DNA of 24,980 nt from Desulfobacterales bacterium. GTDB taxonomy: Bacteria; Desulfobacterota; Desulfobacteria; Desulfobacterales; UBA5852. A program made the position numbers and the translations under genes. The notes under the pieces are model-generated. The model was not told the origin of the DNA. It did not search any database and saw only the letters and a list, made by a program, of their open reading frames with translations. Shown here piece after piece: positions 24,836 through 24,980 of this stretch; the stretch's first letter is position 1, and each line of letters opens with the position of its first letter. The stretch lies in assembly GCA_030066135.1 (NCBI GenBank), contig JASJCD010000018.1, positions 1 to 24,980 of the forward strand, written 5' to 3'.

Positions 24836-24980
24836 GGGATTGAAATGGAAACCTGAGCGCGTCCGCTTGCCCAGGGCAGCCCATCCCCTCATCTCTTAGG
24901 CCGAATTCCGGCTGGCATTGATATTACCATACAGCGACCGCTGGACGATTTTTTCGTAAAGCGGTTGATGTTTCGTGCCC

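Overview
High-GC window, probably from a deltaproteobacterium. Positions 1 to 17300 are densely packed with ordinary-looking genes: a partial SdhB/FrdB iron-sulfur subunit, an MFS transporter, a DUF3141 alpha/beta-hydrolase, an L,D-transpeptidase, a zinc-ribbon membrane protein, an ABM monooxygenase-like protein, a two-gene operon of unknown function, an EF-hand protein and a DUF429-like protein. At the end of this block sits a divergent RNA-repair module: RtcR (CARF + sigma54 AAA+ activator) on the minus strand, then on the plus strand a good sigma54 promoter (TGGCAC-N5-TTGT), a 73-nt tRNA-like element in the leader about 200 nt downstream, RtcB RNA ligase and an SPFH/band-7 protein. No rtcA, archease or rsr is visible. 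From about 17800 to the window end the character changes to an accessory-like region. Small unrelated genes (2H/LigT-like phosphoesterase, a thioredoxin-fold protein with an in-frame TGA that I read as a candidate selenoprotein, dodecin, DUF2459 lipoprotein, YbhB/YbcL PEBP protein, two hypotheticals) are interleaved with two families of long structured repeats. I could not assign either repeat family to a known element. Family A is about 320 bp, with two full copies and a 60-bp partial copy at 596-670. Family B is 200 to 320 bp, with four copies, all in the same orientation; each has imperfect terminal inverted arms built from TCACGCAAAG / CTTTGCGTGA-type subrepeats, a small hairpin and an 18-bp-stem hairpin. 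Base changes between copies keep the hairpins pairable (compensatory substitutions). The two things I would look at first are the RtcR / tRNA-like / RtcB / SPFH module with the nearby 2H phosphoesterase, and the repeat-structured gene island with its candidate selenoprotein. Coordinates of repeat boundaries and some start codons are approximate. No integrase or transposase is visible in the window.
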